In this document: piece after piece, positions 24,125 to 36,177 of the stretch | How the letters are laid out: every line of letters begins with the position of its first letter | Numbering within the stretch: the first letter of the stretch is position 1 | Assembly (NCBI RefSeq): GCF_963921235.1 | Contig: NC_086107.1 | Coordinates: 101,062,001-101,126,000, forward strand | Length of the DNA: 64,000 bases | Direction of reading: 5' to 3' | Origin: Mobula hypostoma | Lineage: Eukaryota | Made by a program: the position numbers and the translations under genes | Notes under the pieces: model-generated | Seen by the model: only the letters and a program-made list of their open reading frames with translations | Databases searched by the model: none | Told to the model about the DNA's origin: nothing

Positions 24125-27120
24125 CCTGAATTGAATTGACTTTGTTTCTTACATCCTTCACATACATGAGTAGTAAAAGTCTTCAAGTTTTCCATATATT
24201 GATTGGGTCTCCCATACTGTTAGGGGTCGAGATGGTTTAGAGTTTGTAAAATGTGTTCAGGGAAGTTTTCTAAATCAATATATAGAGGGACCAACTAGAG
24301 GGGATGCAATATTGGATCTCCTGTTAGGAAATGAGTTAGGACAAGTGACAGAAGTCTGTGTAGGGGAGCACTTTGGTTCCAGTGATCATAACACCATTAG
24401 TTTCAACTTGATCATGGACAAGGATAGATCTGGTCCCAAGGTTGAGGTTCTTAACTGGAAGAAGGCCAAATTTGAAGAAATGAGAAAGGATCTAAAAAGC
24501 GTGGATTGGGACAGATTGTTCTCTGGCATGGATGTGATCGGTAGGTGGGAAGCCTTCAAAGGAGAAATTTTGAGTGCAGAATTTGTATGTTCCTGTCAGG
24601 ATTAAAGGCAAGGTGAGTAGGAATAAGGAACCTTGGTTCTTAAGGGATATTGCAACTCTGATAAAGAAGAAGAGGGAGTTGTATGACGTGTATAGGAAGC
24701 AGGGAGTAATAAGGTGCTTGAGGAGTATAAGAAGTGCAAGAAAATACTTAAGAAAGAAATCAGGAGGGCTAAAAGAAGACATGAGGTTGCCTTGGCAGTC
24801 AAAGTGAAGGATAATCCAAAGAGCTTTTACAGATATATTAAGAGCAAAAGGATTGTAAGGGATAAAATTGGCCCTCTTGAAGATCAGAGTGGTCGGCTAT
24901 GTGCGGAACCAAAGGAAATGGGGGAGATCTTAAATAGGTTTTTTGCGTCTGTGTTTACTAAGGAAACTGGCATGAAGTCTATGGAATTAAGGGAAACAAG
25001 TAGTGAGATCATGGAAACTGTACAGATCGAAAAGGAGGAGGTCCTTGCTGTCTTGAGGAAAATTAAAGTGGATAAATCCCCGGGACCTGACAGGGTGTTC
25101 CCTCGGACCTTGAAGGAGACTAGTGTTGAAATTGCAGTGGCCCTGGCTGAACTATTTAAAATGTCGCTGTCTACAGGTGAGGTGCCGGAGGATTGGAGAG
25201 TGGTTCATGTTGTTCCGTTGTTTAAAAAAGGATCGAAAAGTAATCCGGGAAATTATAGGCCAGTAAGTTTAACGTCAGTAGTAGGTAAGTTATTGGAGGG
25301 AGTACTAAGAGACAGAATCTACAAGCATTTGGATAGACTGGGACTTATTAGGGAGAGTCAACATGGCTTTGTGCGTGGTAGGTCATGTTTGACCAATCTA
25401 TTGGAGTTTTTCGAGGAGGTTACCAGGAAAGTGGATGAAGGGAAGGCAGTGGATATTGTCTACATGGACTTCAGTAAGGCCTTTGACAAGGTCCCGCATG
25501 GGAGGTTAGTTAGGAAAATGCAGTCGCTAGGTATACATGGAGAGGTGGTAAATTGGATTAGACATTGGCTCAATGGAAGAAGCCAGAGAGTGGTGGTAGA
25601 GAATTGCTTCTCTGAGTGGAGGCCTGTGACTAGTGGTGTGCCACAGGGATCAGTGCTGGGTCCATTGTTATTTGTCATTTATATCAATGATCTGGATGAT
25701 AATGTGGTAAATTGGATCAGCAAGTTTGCTGATGATACAAAGATTGGAGGTGTAGTAGACAGTGAGGAAGGTTTTCAGAGCCTGCAGAGGGACTTGGACA
25801 GCTGGAAAAATGGGCTAAAAAATGGCAGATGGAGTTTAATACTGACAAGTGTGAGGTATTGCATGTTGGAAGGACAAACCAATGTAGGACATACAGGGTT
25901 AATGATAAGGCACTGAGGAGTGCAGTGGGACAGAGGGATCTGGGAATACAGATACAAAATTCCCTAAAAGTGGCGTCACGGGTAGATAGGGTCGTAAAGA
26001 GAGCTTTTGGTACATTGGCCTTTATTAATCGAAGTATTGAGTATAAGAGCTGGAATGTAATGATGAGGTTGTATAAGGCATTGGTGAGGCTGAATCTGGA
26101 GTATTGTGTTCAGTTTTGGTCACCAAATTACAGGAAGGATATAAATAAGGTTGAAAGAGTGCAGAGAAGGTTTACAAGGATGTTGCCGGGACTTGAGAAA
26201 CTCAGTTACAGAGAAAGGTTGAATAGGTTGGGACTTTATTCCCTGGAGCGTAGAAGAATGAGGGGAGATTTAATAGAGGTATATAAAATTATGATGGGTA
26301 TAGATAGAGTGAATGCAAGCAGGCTTTTTCCACTGAGGCAAGGGGAGAAAAAAACCAGAGGACATGGGTTTAGGGTGAGGGGGGAAAAGTTTAAAGGGAA
26401 TATTAGAGGGGGCTTCTTCACACAGAGAGTGGTGGGAGTATGGAATGAGCTGCCAGACGAGGTGGTAAATGCGGGTTCTTTTTTAACATTTAAGAATAAA
26501 TTGGACAGATACATGGATGGGAGGTGTATGGAGGGATATGGTCCGTGTGCAGGTCAGTGGGACTAGACAGAAAATGGTTCGGCACAGCCAAGAAGGGCCA
26601 AAAGGCCTGTTTCTGTGCTGTGGTTTCTATGGTAAGTTACGTCTCCGTCTGAATGTGCTATGTGCAAATTACAATAATTTGTAATAAATAGTATGTTCAG
26701 TAAGATGTACAACAGAATGGTCAATATGTTGTAGGAATACAATTGTGTCCGCATGAATAAATCAGTCTGATGGTCTGGTGGAAGAAACTGTCCCGGAGCC
26801 TGTTGGCCTTGGCTTTTATGCTGCAGTATCGTTTCCCGGATGGTAGCAGCTGGAACAGTTTGTGGTTGGGGTGACTTGGGTCCTCTTCGGGCCTTTTTAC
26901 GCACCTGTCACTGTAAGTGTCCTGAATAGTGGGAAGTTCACATCCACAGATGCGCTGGGCTGTCCGCACCACTCTCTGCAGAGTCCTGTGATTGAGAGAA
27001 GTTCAGTTCCCAAACCAGGCAGTGATACAGCCAGTCAGGATGCTCTCAGTTGTGATCCTGCAGAAAGTCCTTAGGATTTGGGGACTCATGCCGAACTTCC
27101 TCAACCATCTGAGGTGAATT
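24125..27120 (-). mobile_element. Rex/Babar-like LINE 3' fragment hosting the CR1 (host parts 24125-24189 and 26634-27120)
   Basis: Peptide VRTAQRICGCELP...SHPNHKLFQLLPSGKRYCSIKA...RLRDSFF. The joined flanks match the uninterrupted copy at 48100-48435. Confidence 0.8.
24190..26633 (+). mobile_element. Young 5'-truncated CR1 LINE: end of endonuclease, RT and C-terminus, with three frameshifts
   Basis: Peptides LDLLLGNE...[63 protein letters not shown] and WNELP run across ORFs 24312/24574/24714/25829. There is a TTCTATGGT tail and a TSD AAGTT at 24185-24189 and 26634-26638. Confidence 0.97.
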
Positions 27121-28989
27121 TTGGGATTCAGTGATGACAAACATTGATGTTGAAGCTCGCTGTGTTTGGACTTTTGAAGGTGTTTGATTAGCCTGCAGGT
27201 AGTTCTGAAGCTGGTGGTCAGACCTAATGTCAGCAGGGTGTCTCTATGGTTGAGAACATTTCAAACGTACTTCATTAGTTTGAAAGTGCAATAGAAGGTC
27301 ATGAAAATCAAAATAAAAGTACATGTCCTTCTCTTTCTTGAACTCAGTTGCTTATTTTAATTGGAATGACTTTCTCCTAATTGAAATTGAGCTGACTGGT
27401 CTGTGGTTTTATGCATATTCTTTTCAGTTGCAGTTTCTCAATTCCAAGGCACAGAATTCGAGCCCTGGGAAGATATGACTAACATATCTGGAATTACTCC
27501 ACCTATTTCTTTCATGGAAAAGAGGCAATAATATCCTTGAAGGTTAACTATTTTTGCTCTTGCTGTCCTCTATTACCAGTCCTTTACTGATATTTCTCAA
27601 AAAAACTGTATATTTTCATAAAGTTTGCACATATATATAGTACAGTGTCCTCATGTTGCCATTCACATTACGAATCATATCTTTGCATTTGCATACAGAA
27701 TTTACATTATATCTGCAAGGGTGTGGATGTGTTTGTGTCCATCTGGAGGCATGTGTGTGTCCATGTGTCTGTCTGTACACCAAGAGTGTCCTGTGTTTGT
27801 GCATGGGTTAAACTTAATTTTGGACTGTTTGCCATTTGACCAGGATCTTGCCCAGACGAGGTCAGAAAATTCACACACATTCATGTGGGAATGTATCCAC
27901 TATCCGGAACTAGGGTGGAAGAGTGTCATCCTGAGGGACTGTCAGAAAAAGTTTATATCCATTACTAGTTTTCTTAATGCTTAGTACATCCTTTACATCC
28001 CTTTGATTTATTCATCCAGTCAAGTGGGTCTCTGCTTTTCTTCACATTAGTGTAAACTCGTTCTTTTGGCAATCAGTGTAAAATGCAGTGGGATGTTTGA
28101 GAACTGTGAATGGTACTAAATGACTCTAAGTTTGTTCCTTTGCAATTTATTTCAAGATTCAAGATGGTTTAATGTCATTTCCAGTGTACAAGTGTAAAGG
28201 AGAACAAAATAATTGTGACTCTGGAATAGAGCACAATAACACAATGAGATAAAGAACACAATAATAAAAAACACAATAAATATGAATACACAAGGTAACA
28301 AAGGTAACACACACACACACATAGATGACGGATTATATGTTCATAAAGCGACACTAGGTACAGGAATCTGTACTTAAGGTGAATCTAACAGGAAGTGATA
28401 GAAGTGGTGGTGGTGGAGTGGGCTAGTGGGTGGATCAGCTTTATTGCTTGTGGAATATAGCAGGGGAATTATATGGAATGTACATAACTGCATGTGATTG
28501 TGTAGTGATGGACATACTTGTGGATTGACTGAACATCCCCTGTGCCTAGGATTTCTGACCTACCCCTATTTGTAGTCTTGATCCATTGTTGTGAAGTGAA
28601 CGGGGGGTGGGGGGAGGGTCTTTGCGCACACCCATTCGGGATGCCTTGGGTCTTTGTGTGCCGAGGAGTTCTACAGCCTAGGGGTGGGTGGTATGTGTGC
28701 ATTGTCTCCATTCATAATGTTCTTGGCATGGAGCAGTATTGTGACTCTGACCCCTGTCCTCAACAGCACCTCATTTTCTGGCCTAACATTTCATCCTGAA
28801 TATTTTGTCAAACTCGGGTAAAGTTTGATTGAAGTTAACCATCTGACATTTTCGAGAAAATAACCCTTTATGTAATCCGTCATCATGTTTGACCCCAAGA
28901 GTGCAGCAATTATTCCTATTTGCATGCCCTCTGGGGATAATGTATTCTCACTGACGTGGATGTTCAGAATTACAAAGGCTCCCTGTAAG

Positions 28990-29900
28990 ACCATAGAAAT
29001 AAGAGTAGAATGAGGCCATTTGGCCCATTAAGCCTGCTCCACCATGGCTGATTTATTATCCTTCAACCCCATTTTCTTGCCTTCGCCCCATAATCTTTGA
29101 CCCCCCCCTTACTAATCAAGAACCTATCAACCTCTGCTTTAAGTATACCCAATGACTGGCCACCATAGCCATCTGTGGCAATGAATGCCACCGATTCATC
29201 CCCCCCACCCCCTTTGGCTAAAGAAATTCCTCCTCATCTCTGTTCTAGTATTCTGAGGCTGTGCCCTCTGGTCCTAGACTCCCCTCACTATATGAAAACC
29301 ATCTTCTCCACGTCCACTCTATCCAGCCCTTCCAATATTTGAGAATATATGTTGGGTCTTTCATTCCCGTGATCATTCTTGTGAACCTCCTCTGGACCGT
29401 CTCCTTTTAGATAAGGGACTTAAGGCAGCCCACAATACCCTACGTGCAGTCTGATCAATGCCTTGTAAAGCCTGTAACTTAGATTAGCTTTGATTCAACT
29501 TTATTGTTGTTGTGCCGCATACAGATATGAAGCCAGTGAAATGCAGTTAGCATCTGACCAGAACTTCTTGCACAATATCTTATCTCCTTGGACCCCAGTC
29601 CACCAAATTTAAAAGCTAACATTCTGTTTATATTTTGATTATTTGCTGTGCCTGCTATCATTTTTCTAGCAGTCCATAACTCAGAGAAGCCCAGGTCTCT
29701 CTGGGTCACCAGGTTTTTCACCTTTAAGTAATGGTTCAATCCTTTTGGCAAGATGTTTCGTGTCAAAATCCAATTGCCATACATTGGCTTATTGTCCAAA
29801 TCCGTCAGTCTCTCTATAATGTTCTCACAGTGCAGCCTGTCCTTCTGTCACTTGTAGCCCTGCTGTCCCATCATCTGTGTTCTTAATAAATATGGAGAAA
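28990..29900 (-). mobile_element. Degraded CR1 3' portion
   Basis: Begins ACCATAGAAATAAGAGTAGAATGAGGCCATTTGGCCCA (reverse complement of a CR1 tail), followed by CR1-like body sequence. Confidence 0.7.
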
Positions 29901-30021
29901 TGGTCATTGGTTTATTGTTATCACCACCTGTACCAAGATGTTGTGGAAAACTTTTGTTTGCATGCCACCCAGGCAGATCATTCCATACGTACAGTGAGAT
30001 GGTACAAAAGGAATATAGTAC

Positions 30022-30839
30022 GCTTGGGTTCTTCGAGGCCAAGACATGATGAGGCTTGGGTTCTTCGAGGTGAGGACATGACGAGGCTTGGGTTCTTCGA
30101 GCCAGAGACTGGGCAAGGACCCAGAACCTGGGTGTTGACTCGGGCTCGGACTCCGGAACTAGGCGAAGACATGACATGGTCTTGGGAGACAGGAACCTTG
30201 GAGCCTTGGACGAGGACTGGACGCTCGGAGCCTTGGTCTAGAGCAAGGGAACACAGAGCCTAGGACTTGAGAGACAGGAACGCAGAACACAGAGCCTTGG
30301 CCTTGAGAGACAGGAACGCAGAACACAGAGCCTGGACCCCTCCTAGGGAGCAGGACATAGGGCCGGGACTCATACACAGAACGCGAAGAGACCGATCTCC
30401 ACTCAAGGTAGTGGCAAATGGCTGGACCTACCCAGCAAAGGCGTGGACACAGAGATGGTTCCCAACACAAGGTAGCGGCAAACGGCCAGACCTACCTAGC
30501 GAAGGCATGGACACAAAGAGACGGTTCCTTTTGTAGACACAGCAAGGCCCCGATCTTGCCCTGGTGGATGAACCTGACAGCATTACAGGGAAGGACGTAG
30601 GCAAAGGTAGCAGGCGAGGCTTCAGAAGGAAGGGGGGGCATTCAGACAGGCAGTTTTGACAGGAACAATCCAGCAGCCAAGCCCTGGTCTCCAGAGGTAT
30701 TTATGTGTCTGCCCAAGTGAGAATCATGTGCCTCAATTAGAGCACCCAACAGAACAGTGAAAAACTGGAAAACCTGGAATACGGATTGATGGACCGGACC
30801 ATGAACCGGAATGCGGACTTCACGGACTGGACCATGACA
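30022..30839 (-). mobile_element. LTR-like element with internal tandem repeats (32, 36 and 64 bp units)
   Basis: The minus strand begins TGTCATGGTCC and has a TATA-like CATAAATA, followed by minisatellite blocks at 30022-30101, 30250-30333 and 30404-30530. The other end is not evident. Confidence 0.55.
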
Positions 30840-31629
30840 GTTAGAGGCTTTTAAGAAATAGGCACACAGATGTAAGGAAGATGGAGGGGTTAGTGTTTGG
30901 GTGTTTTTGATTTGCTTTTTGGCTGGTTTGGCGCCACATTTTAGGCCGAATGGCCTGTTCCTGTGCTGTACCATTCTATGTTGTAGGTACAGAGAAAGCG
31001 CAGTGCAGGCAGACAAGTGCAAGAGCCACGATGAGGTAGAGTGAGAGATCAAGAGTTCATACTTATGTGGTACAAGAGGTCAGTTCAAGAATTTTATAAT
31101 GGCAGGATAGAAGCTGTCCTTGAGCCCGTGCTATGTACTTTCTGGCTTTTGTGCCTTCTGTCCGATGGAAGGGAGGAGAAGAGGGAATGACTGGGGGGAG
31201 ACTGGTCCTTGATCACAAACATGAGGACATCTGCAGATGATGGAAATCCAAGGCAAAATACACAAAGTGCTGTAGCAACGCTGCAGGTCAGGCACCATCT
31301 ATGGAAATGAATGAACAGACAACGTTTCAGGCCGAGACCCTTCATCAGGAATGGAAGAAAGGATGAGAAGTCCTTGATCATGTTGGCTGCTTTCTGGAGG
31401 TGTCGGGAAGCGTAGGCAGAGTTAATTGAAATGGAGGCTGGTTTTTATGACGAACGAATGCGTTTGCAATCTTCTGTGATCTCTTGCAGCCTTGGGCAGA
31501 GCTGCTGCCACACTAAGCTGCTCTGGGATGGAATACTTTCTACGATGCAGCTGCAAAAGTTGGTGAGGGTCATCGGGGTCATGCCAAATCATCCTTGCTG
31601 GAATAAAAATACCAGTGCATTAAGTGTGG

Positions 31630-32100
31630 ATTTGGTCACACTATTGTAGGAAAGACATTGTCAAGTTAGAGAGAGTTGAGAAGTGACTTATGAGGATGCT
31701 GCCTTGACTAGAGAGCTTGAGTTAGAGGGAGAAGATGGTGATGCTGGTGAATGAGGGGTGACCCCATAGAAATTTATAAAATCATGAGGGGTATGCATAA
31801 GATGGATAGTCTGAGTCATTTCCCCAGGGTTGGGGAGTCCAAAACTAAAGGGTACAGATACAAGACAGGAAGGAAGAGAGCTGAGAGATAACTTCTTTAC
31901 ATAGAGGGCAGTGAGTACCTGTTATGATGTGCCAGAGGAAGTGGCCGAGGCGAGTACAGTTGCAACACTTAAGAGGCATTTGGTTAAATGGGTAAATAGA
32001 GGAGAGGGGCTTGGAAGGTGATGGCCTGAATGCTGGGACCTGGGATTACTGCTGGCCAATTGGGACGAAGGTTCTGTTTCTGTGCTGCATTGCTCTCTGA
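31630..32100 (+). mobile_element. Old CR1 3' fragment
   Basis: Degenerate TTTTGGTCACC-type start, TATAAAATCATGAGGGG and the tail CTGTTTCTGTGCTG. Confidence 0.65.
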
Positions 32101-33259
32101 CTCGTTCAGTGCTGAGAACACGCAGCAGGTCAGGCAGCTTCTGTGGAGGAGGGAAACAAGCGTTAACGTTTGCAGAGCTCAAAAGCTCGAACTGTCCTGG
32201 TCACCAGTTTCACCTTATCTCCGCACTCCCACCAACTAGCTCGGTAAGGAACTGAAAGGGCTGGTTCTACCTCTCCAGCACACAGGGCACACGCAGTTGG
32301 GTATACACATTTTGTAAACAGAAATGTGCAGTTGCCATTCATCCTGTCAAGAGTTAGAAATTTGCCCAGGGGGCAGGTGTGGGTCCGAGAACTGAATGGG
32401 CCCTGTGATGATATCTGCTCAGCACAGAGGGGCTGGAGTTCGTAAACAGCGTCCCCCCCCCCCCGCCTTTTTCTCATACTTGTTCTGACGATTAAGTGCA
32501 GATTGCAGGGAACGGAGGGAGATGGATCGTGTCCAGGCAGAAGAGGTTTAGCTTCTTCATTCGGCATCGTTTTTGGCACCGACTTTATGGCCAAAGGACC
32601 CGTGCTGTACTGTATTGTTGCACAGTATGTTATGTGTTCTGACGAAAGTGTTCTCACTAGTCGGTTGTGCAAGGGCCTGGGCGTGCGGGTTCAGAGCAAT
32701 AGATCAATATACTCACGGTGTCGGGGGGCTGTTGTGACCTGGAGTTCATGCCACCAGAGGCGACCAAGGATGGAGAAGAGGGGTGGATTAACGGTAGCGG
32801 GTAATTTGTGGAGCTACAGGAAACGAGATGGGCAGTCGGACGCATGGATTGCTTTACAGGGAGCTAGGATGAACTCAACAGGCCGATGGGCCTCCTCTGC
32901 TGTTGTAGCACGGCAGGTCTTATTAATTTAGTTCTCCCTTCACCCAAAGCAGCTGCATCCCTGTTTCCAGCCAGCACGCCCCCTTTCCCTTTCTGTAACA
33001 TTCATGTAGTGAGTGGTTCCAGTCCAGCCGTTTAGTAGAGAGCCCGTGAATGGCTGGAACGGAGCCCATTTCGGGGATGGCCTTCCCAACTGTCTCGTTC
33101 TCTTGTTCTTTGATCTTACAAAATGTTTCTGAATGCCAGTGCTCCGTATTTGGATTCTTTGAGCCCCTGTACGCTGGCTGTGCTTGGACTCTACTATCTG
33201 GGCTCCCAGGGCCAGGGGCCAGGGGCTGCACTGAACGCACATCTGGAGCTGCACAGCCG

Positions 33260-33745
33260 GCTCCCTGAACCCGGGTGTCGCAACATCTGGAGCCGGCCAG
33301 CATGCCAGCGTCAGGCAACGCGGCCCTCTGATTGGAGGAGCGCGGGGTGGGCGGGTTCCGGAAGTGCGGGCTGTTGCTGAGTTCTCCAGTGAAAACAAAA
33401 CTTCTCCGAGAAGTGAAGTGAAGTGAAGGGAAGGGCGGGCGGCGGGACCCGAGGCGGCCGCAGCATGACGGTAACCTTCAACCCGGCTGAGGGGCTTCGC
33501 TCCCGGGGGCGCGAGGAGTTGGGGGGTCGTCTCGATGCGCGCGCCCGGCCGTGCGGACGTAGGGGAAGCGCGCGGCCTGCGCGTCTGCGAGCGGCGGTTG
33601 GGTGGGCGCGCGTTCTCCAGTGTCAACGTGGGCGCGTTTTCCCGATGTTTAGTGTGGGGCGCGAGCGCTGGTGCGAGGGGGCCCGCGGGCGCGCGCCCGC
33701 CCACAAGCCCCTCGGGTGCACGCACACGGACACCTGCGCGCAGGT
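33260..33745. promoter_or_regulatory. CpG-island promoter (NF-Y, Sp1, ETS/GABP motifs)
   Basis: The only densely CpG/GC-rich non-repeat stretch in the window. It contains ATTGG at 33331-33335, GGGCGG at 33349-33354 and CCGGAAGTG at 33358-33366. Confidence 0.85.
33465..33470 (+). CDS. Candidate first coding exon end (Met-Thr, phase 0) of an unidentified gene
   Basis: gccgcagcATGACG|GTAACC: a Kozak-like ATG (A at -3) about 100 bp downstream of the ETS site, followed at once by a plausible splice donor. Confidence 0.4.
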
Positions 33746-34044
33746 GATGTTGCTTTGGGACCTTCTAGTATTGAAGAGTATAAGTACAGTATAAACAGGG
33801 CGGTGAGTTACTCATGGCAGTGGTATCAGCTTCACTTGTAAGTCTTAAGTAATGATACCCATATGTGAGTGTGTCTTTTGATTCTCTTACTTTATATTCT
33901 ACCTCACTTTCTGTGCACGTTCTCCTTCTCTCGCATTCCTTTTTACTGCTTCACCTTTCATTTTTCTTTTTTGGTTTCTGCCAATCCTTCTCTCTTAATT
34001 TTGCTTCCACTCTTTGTTTTACAGTATGGCTCTCTCTGTCCTGT

Positions 34045-34048
34045 CTGT

Positions 34049-34132
<84 letters not shown>

Positions 34133-34140
34133 TTCCCTCT

Positions 34141-34172
<32 letters not shown>

Positions 34173-34200
34173 GTTTCTCTTTCTGTTTCTGTTTCTGTCT
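34045..34200. repeat. (CT)n microsatellite
   Basis: Directly visible in the sequence. Confidence 0.95.
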
Positions 34201-34919
34201 ACTTGGCTGTGGACTGTGACGGTGTAACACTCCAAATCAAAGGAGCCAAGCAGTTAATTTAAGAGCCTGTGTGCATTCCCATCAGGGGAAGTGTAAGCAG
34301 CAGCAGGAATTGTCCCCAGAGGGAGTTCTCGCTTGCCTTTCGATGACCATCTGACATAGAACGTACATCACGGGCTGATGAGCCTGGCTGGTTCAGGTTG
34401 GATTACACGCCAAATGAGGCTCTTCTCGCTCCTCTGTCAGCTTCACCTTGCATTTCTACCTTCCTCTTATCTGGCTTCTCCTTAAATGCACCTTTGCTGT
34501 TTCTGTCAGTGGTGACTCCTGCAACCCCACTGCTCGTTCTGGACAGATTCAGCTTCCCGGAATACCGAGGCAAAAGTACAGGACATCCAGAGGAAATCCT
34601 CAAAACCTCAGCACAAGGGTTGAGTATTTTATCATCATGCACACAAGTTCAGTGATGTATCATTTCGGTTAAAAGCTAGCAGCAGCATCACAGGCTCTTT
34701 GTTCACTGTACGGTCGCATCTGTAGGTCAGGAAGCGTCTGTGGAGAGAGAAAGTCCTGGTTTCAGGTTCATGACTCTTCTTCAGAACTGGGGAAATTTGG
34801 AGAAAAGCTGGTTTTGAGATGCAGTGGGTGGTAGTGAGGGAACAATAGAGTCAAGGTAGGAGAATTTAAATGATGAAGAGGTGATATTGGAAAGAGAACT
34901 CACAGAACTACCAAAGCCA

Positions 34920-35355
34920 AAGCAACACACATCAAAGTTGCTGGTGAATGCAGCAGGCCAGGCCGTATCTATAGGAAAAGGTACAGTCGACGTTTCGGGC
35001 CGAGACCCTTCGTCAGGATTAACTGAAAGAAGAGATAGTAAGAGATTTGAGAGGGGAATGGGGAGATCCGAAATGATAGGAGAAGACAGGAGGGGGAGGG
35101 ATGGAGCTAAGAGCTGGAAAGTTGATTGGCAAAAGGGATATGAGAGGATCATCGGACAGGAGGCCTAGGGAGAAAGAAAAGGGGGAGGGGGAAGCCCAGA
35201 GGATGGGCAAGGGCTATAGTGAGAGGGAGAAAAAGGAGAGAGAGAAAAAAATTAATAATAATAATAAATACATAAATAATGGATGGGGTATGAAGGGGAG
35301 GAGGGGCATTAACAGAAGTTAGAGAAGTCAATGTTCATGTCATCAGGTTGGAGGC
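34920..35355 (-). mobile_element. Penelope-like element 3' end: ORF C-terminus, 3' terminal repeat and hammerhead motif
   Basis: Minus strand 35353-35309 reads LQPDDMNIDFSNFC*, resembling the Penelope GIY-YIG C-terminal LxPxGxN motif. Downstream is CTGACGAAGGGTCTCGGCCCGAAACGTCGACT (35016-34985). Confidence 0.8.
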
Positions 35356-36082
35356 CAAAGTAATGCCAGATTGGAGCTGTGTGAAGGGGTTACACCCTCT
35401 GCCGTCGCCCAGCTTCTTGCACTGTTCGGAACAGCACCTCACCTTCTGCCTGGGCATGTTTACAGCCTGCCTGACTCAACCGTGACTTCAGCTCTTTCAG
35501 CTAATCTGTGCCTCCAACCCTGAGTTCTATTTATTTGGTATTTCTCGGCAACGGGGGGAGGAGGGGTCCGGTGGTGTGTGTTGATTCTGGCCCTTGCCTC
35601 AGCAACACAGAAACCTACAGGATTCTGCACAGGCAGGACCGGGTGGATGCAGGGTCAGCGGCTGAAGTGCCCACATGTGTCGTGTTTCAAAATGCAGGGG
35701 CAGAGACAAAATACTTGCAGACGCTTGAAATTTAAAATAAAAACTGAAAATCCTGCAAATGCGCAGCAGGGTCAGGTGAGAGAAACACGGGTAACTTTTG
35801 TGATGCGAGGTCACTTATTTCTCTTCGCACTGTTTCCAGGTGCCTCCAAAGATTATTTTCAAAAACAGCATGGCGATTCAAAAATAAAGTGATAAATTCA
35901 TGTAAAAGAATAGGGATGTACATTGAAGTAAAGAAAAATGAGTAAATGACTTTGCTTCCCAGCGAAGGGGGCAGGCTTGGATCTGGTTCCACATCTTGTC
36001 CACCCATTCACAACCCGGGCAAGGCGAGTGGTGAAGCGACTGAGTCACGTAGTGCGGAAACAGGCCACTCAGCTCTAGAGCT

Positions 36083-36177
36083 GCCGTCTGTGCATCTGGA
36101 GCCCCCGTCTAGCTGTCTGTGTATCTGGAGCTCCCGTCTAGCCGTCTGTGCGTCTGGAGCCCCCGTCTAGCCGTCTG
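36083..36177. repeat. 29-bp minisatellite, about 3.3 copies
   Basis: GCCGTCTGTGCATCTGGAGCCCCCGTCTA units start at 36083, 36112, 36141 and 36170. Confidence 0.9.

Noticed and set aside
30022..30530. Repeats of 32-36 bp that superficially resemble a CRISPR array
   Set aside because: They are head-to-tail tandem units with no unique spacers, there are no cas genes, and the context is eukaryotic.
32404..32490. GTGATGA ... CTGA resembling a C/D box snoRNA
   Set aside because: There is no terminal stem or recognisable guide, the interior is a C-run, and such motifs are expected by chance.
32923..33794. Long ORFs (261, 131 and 123 aa) across the CpG island
   Set aside because: GC-rich DNA is depleted of stop codons, and I recognise no protein similarity. 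Only the splice-linked starts were kept as candidates.
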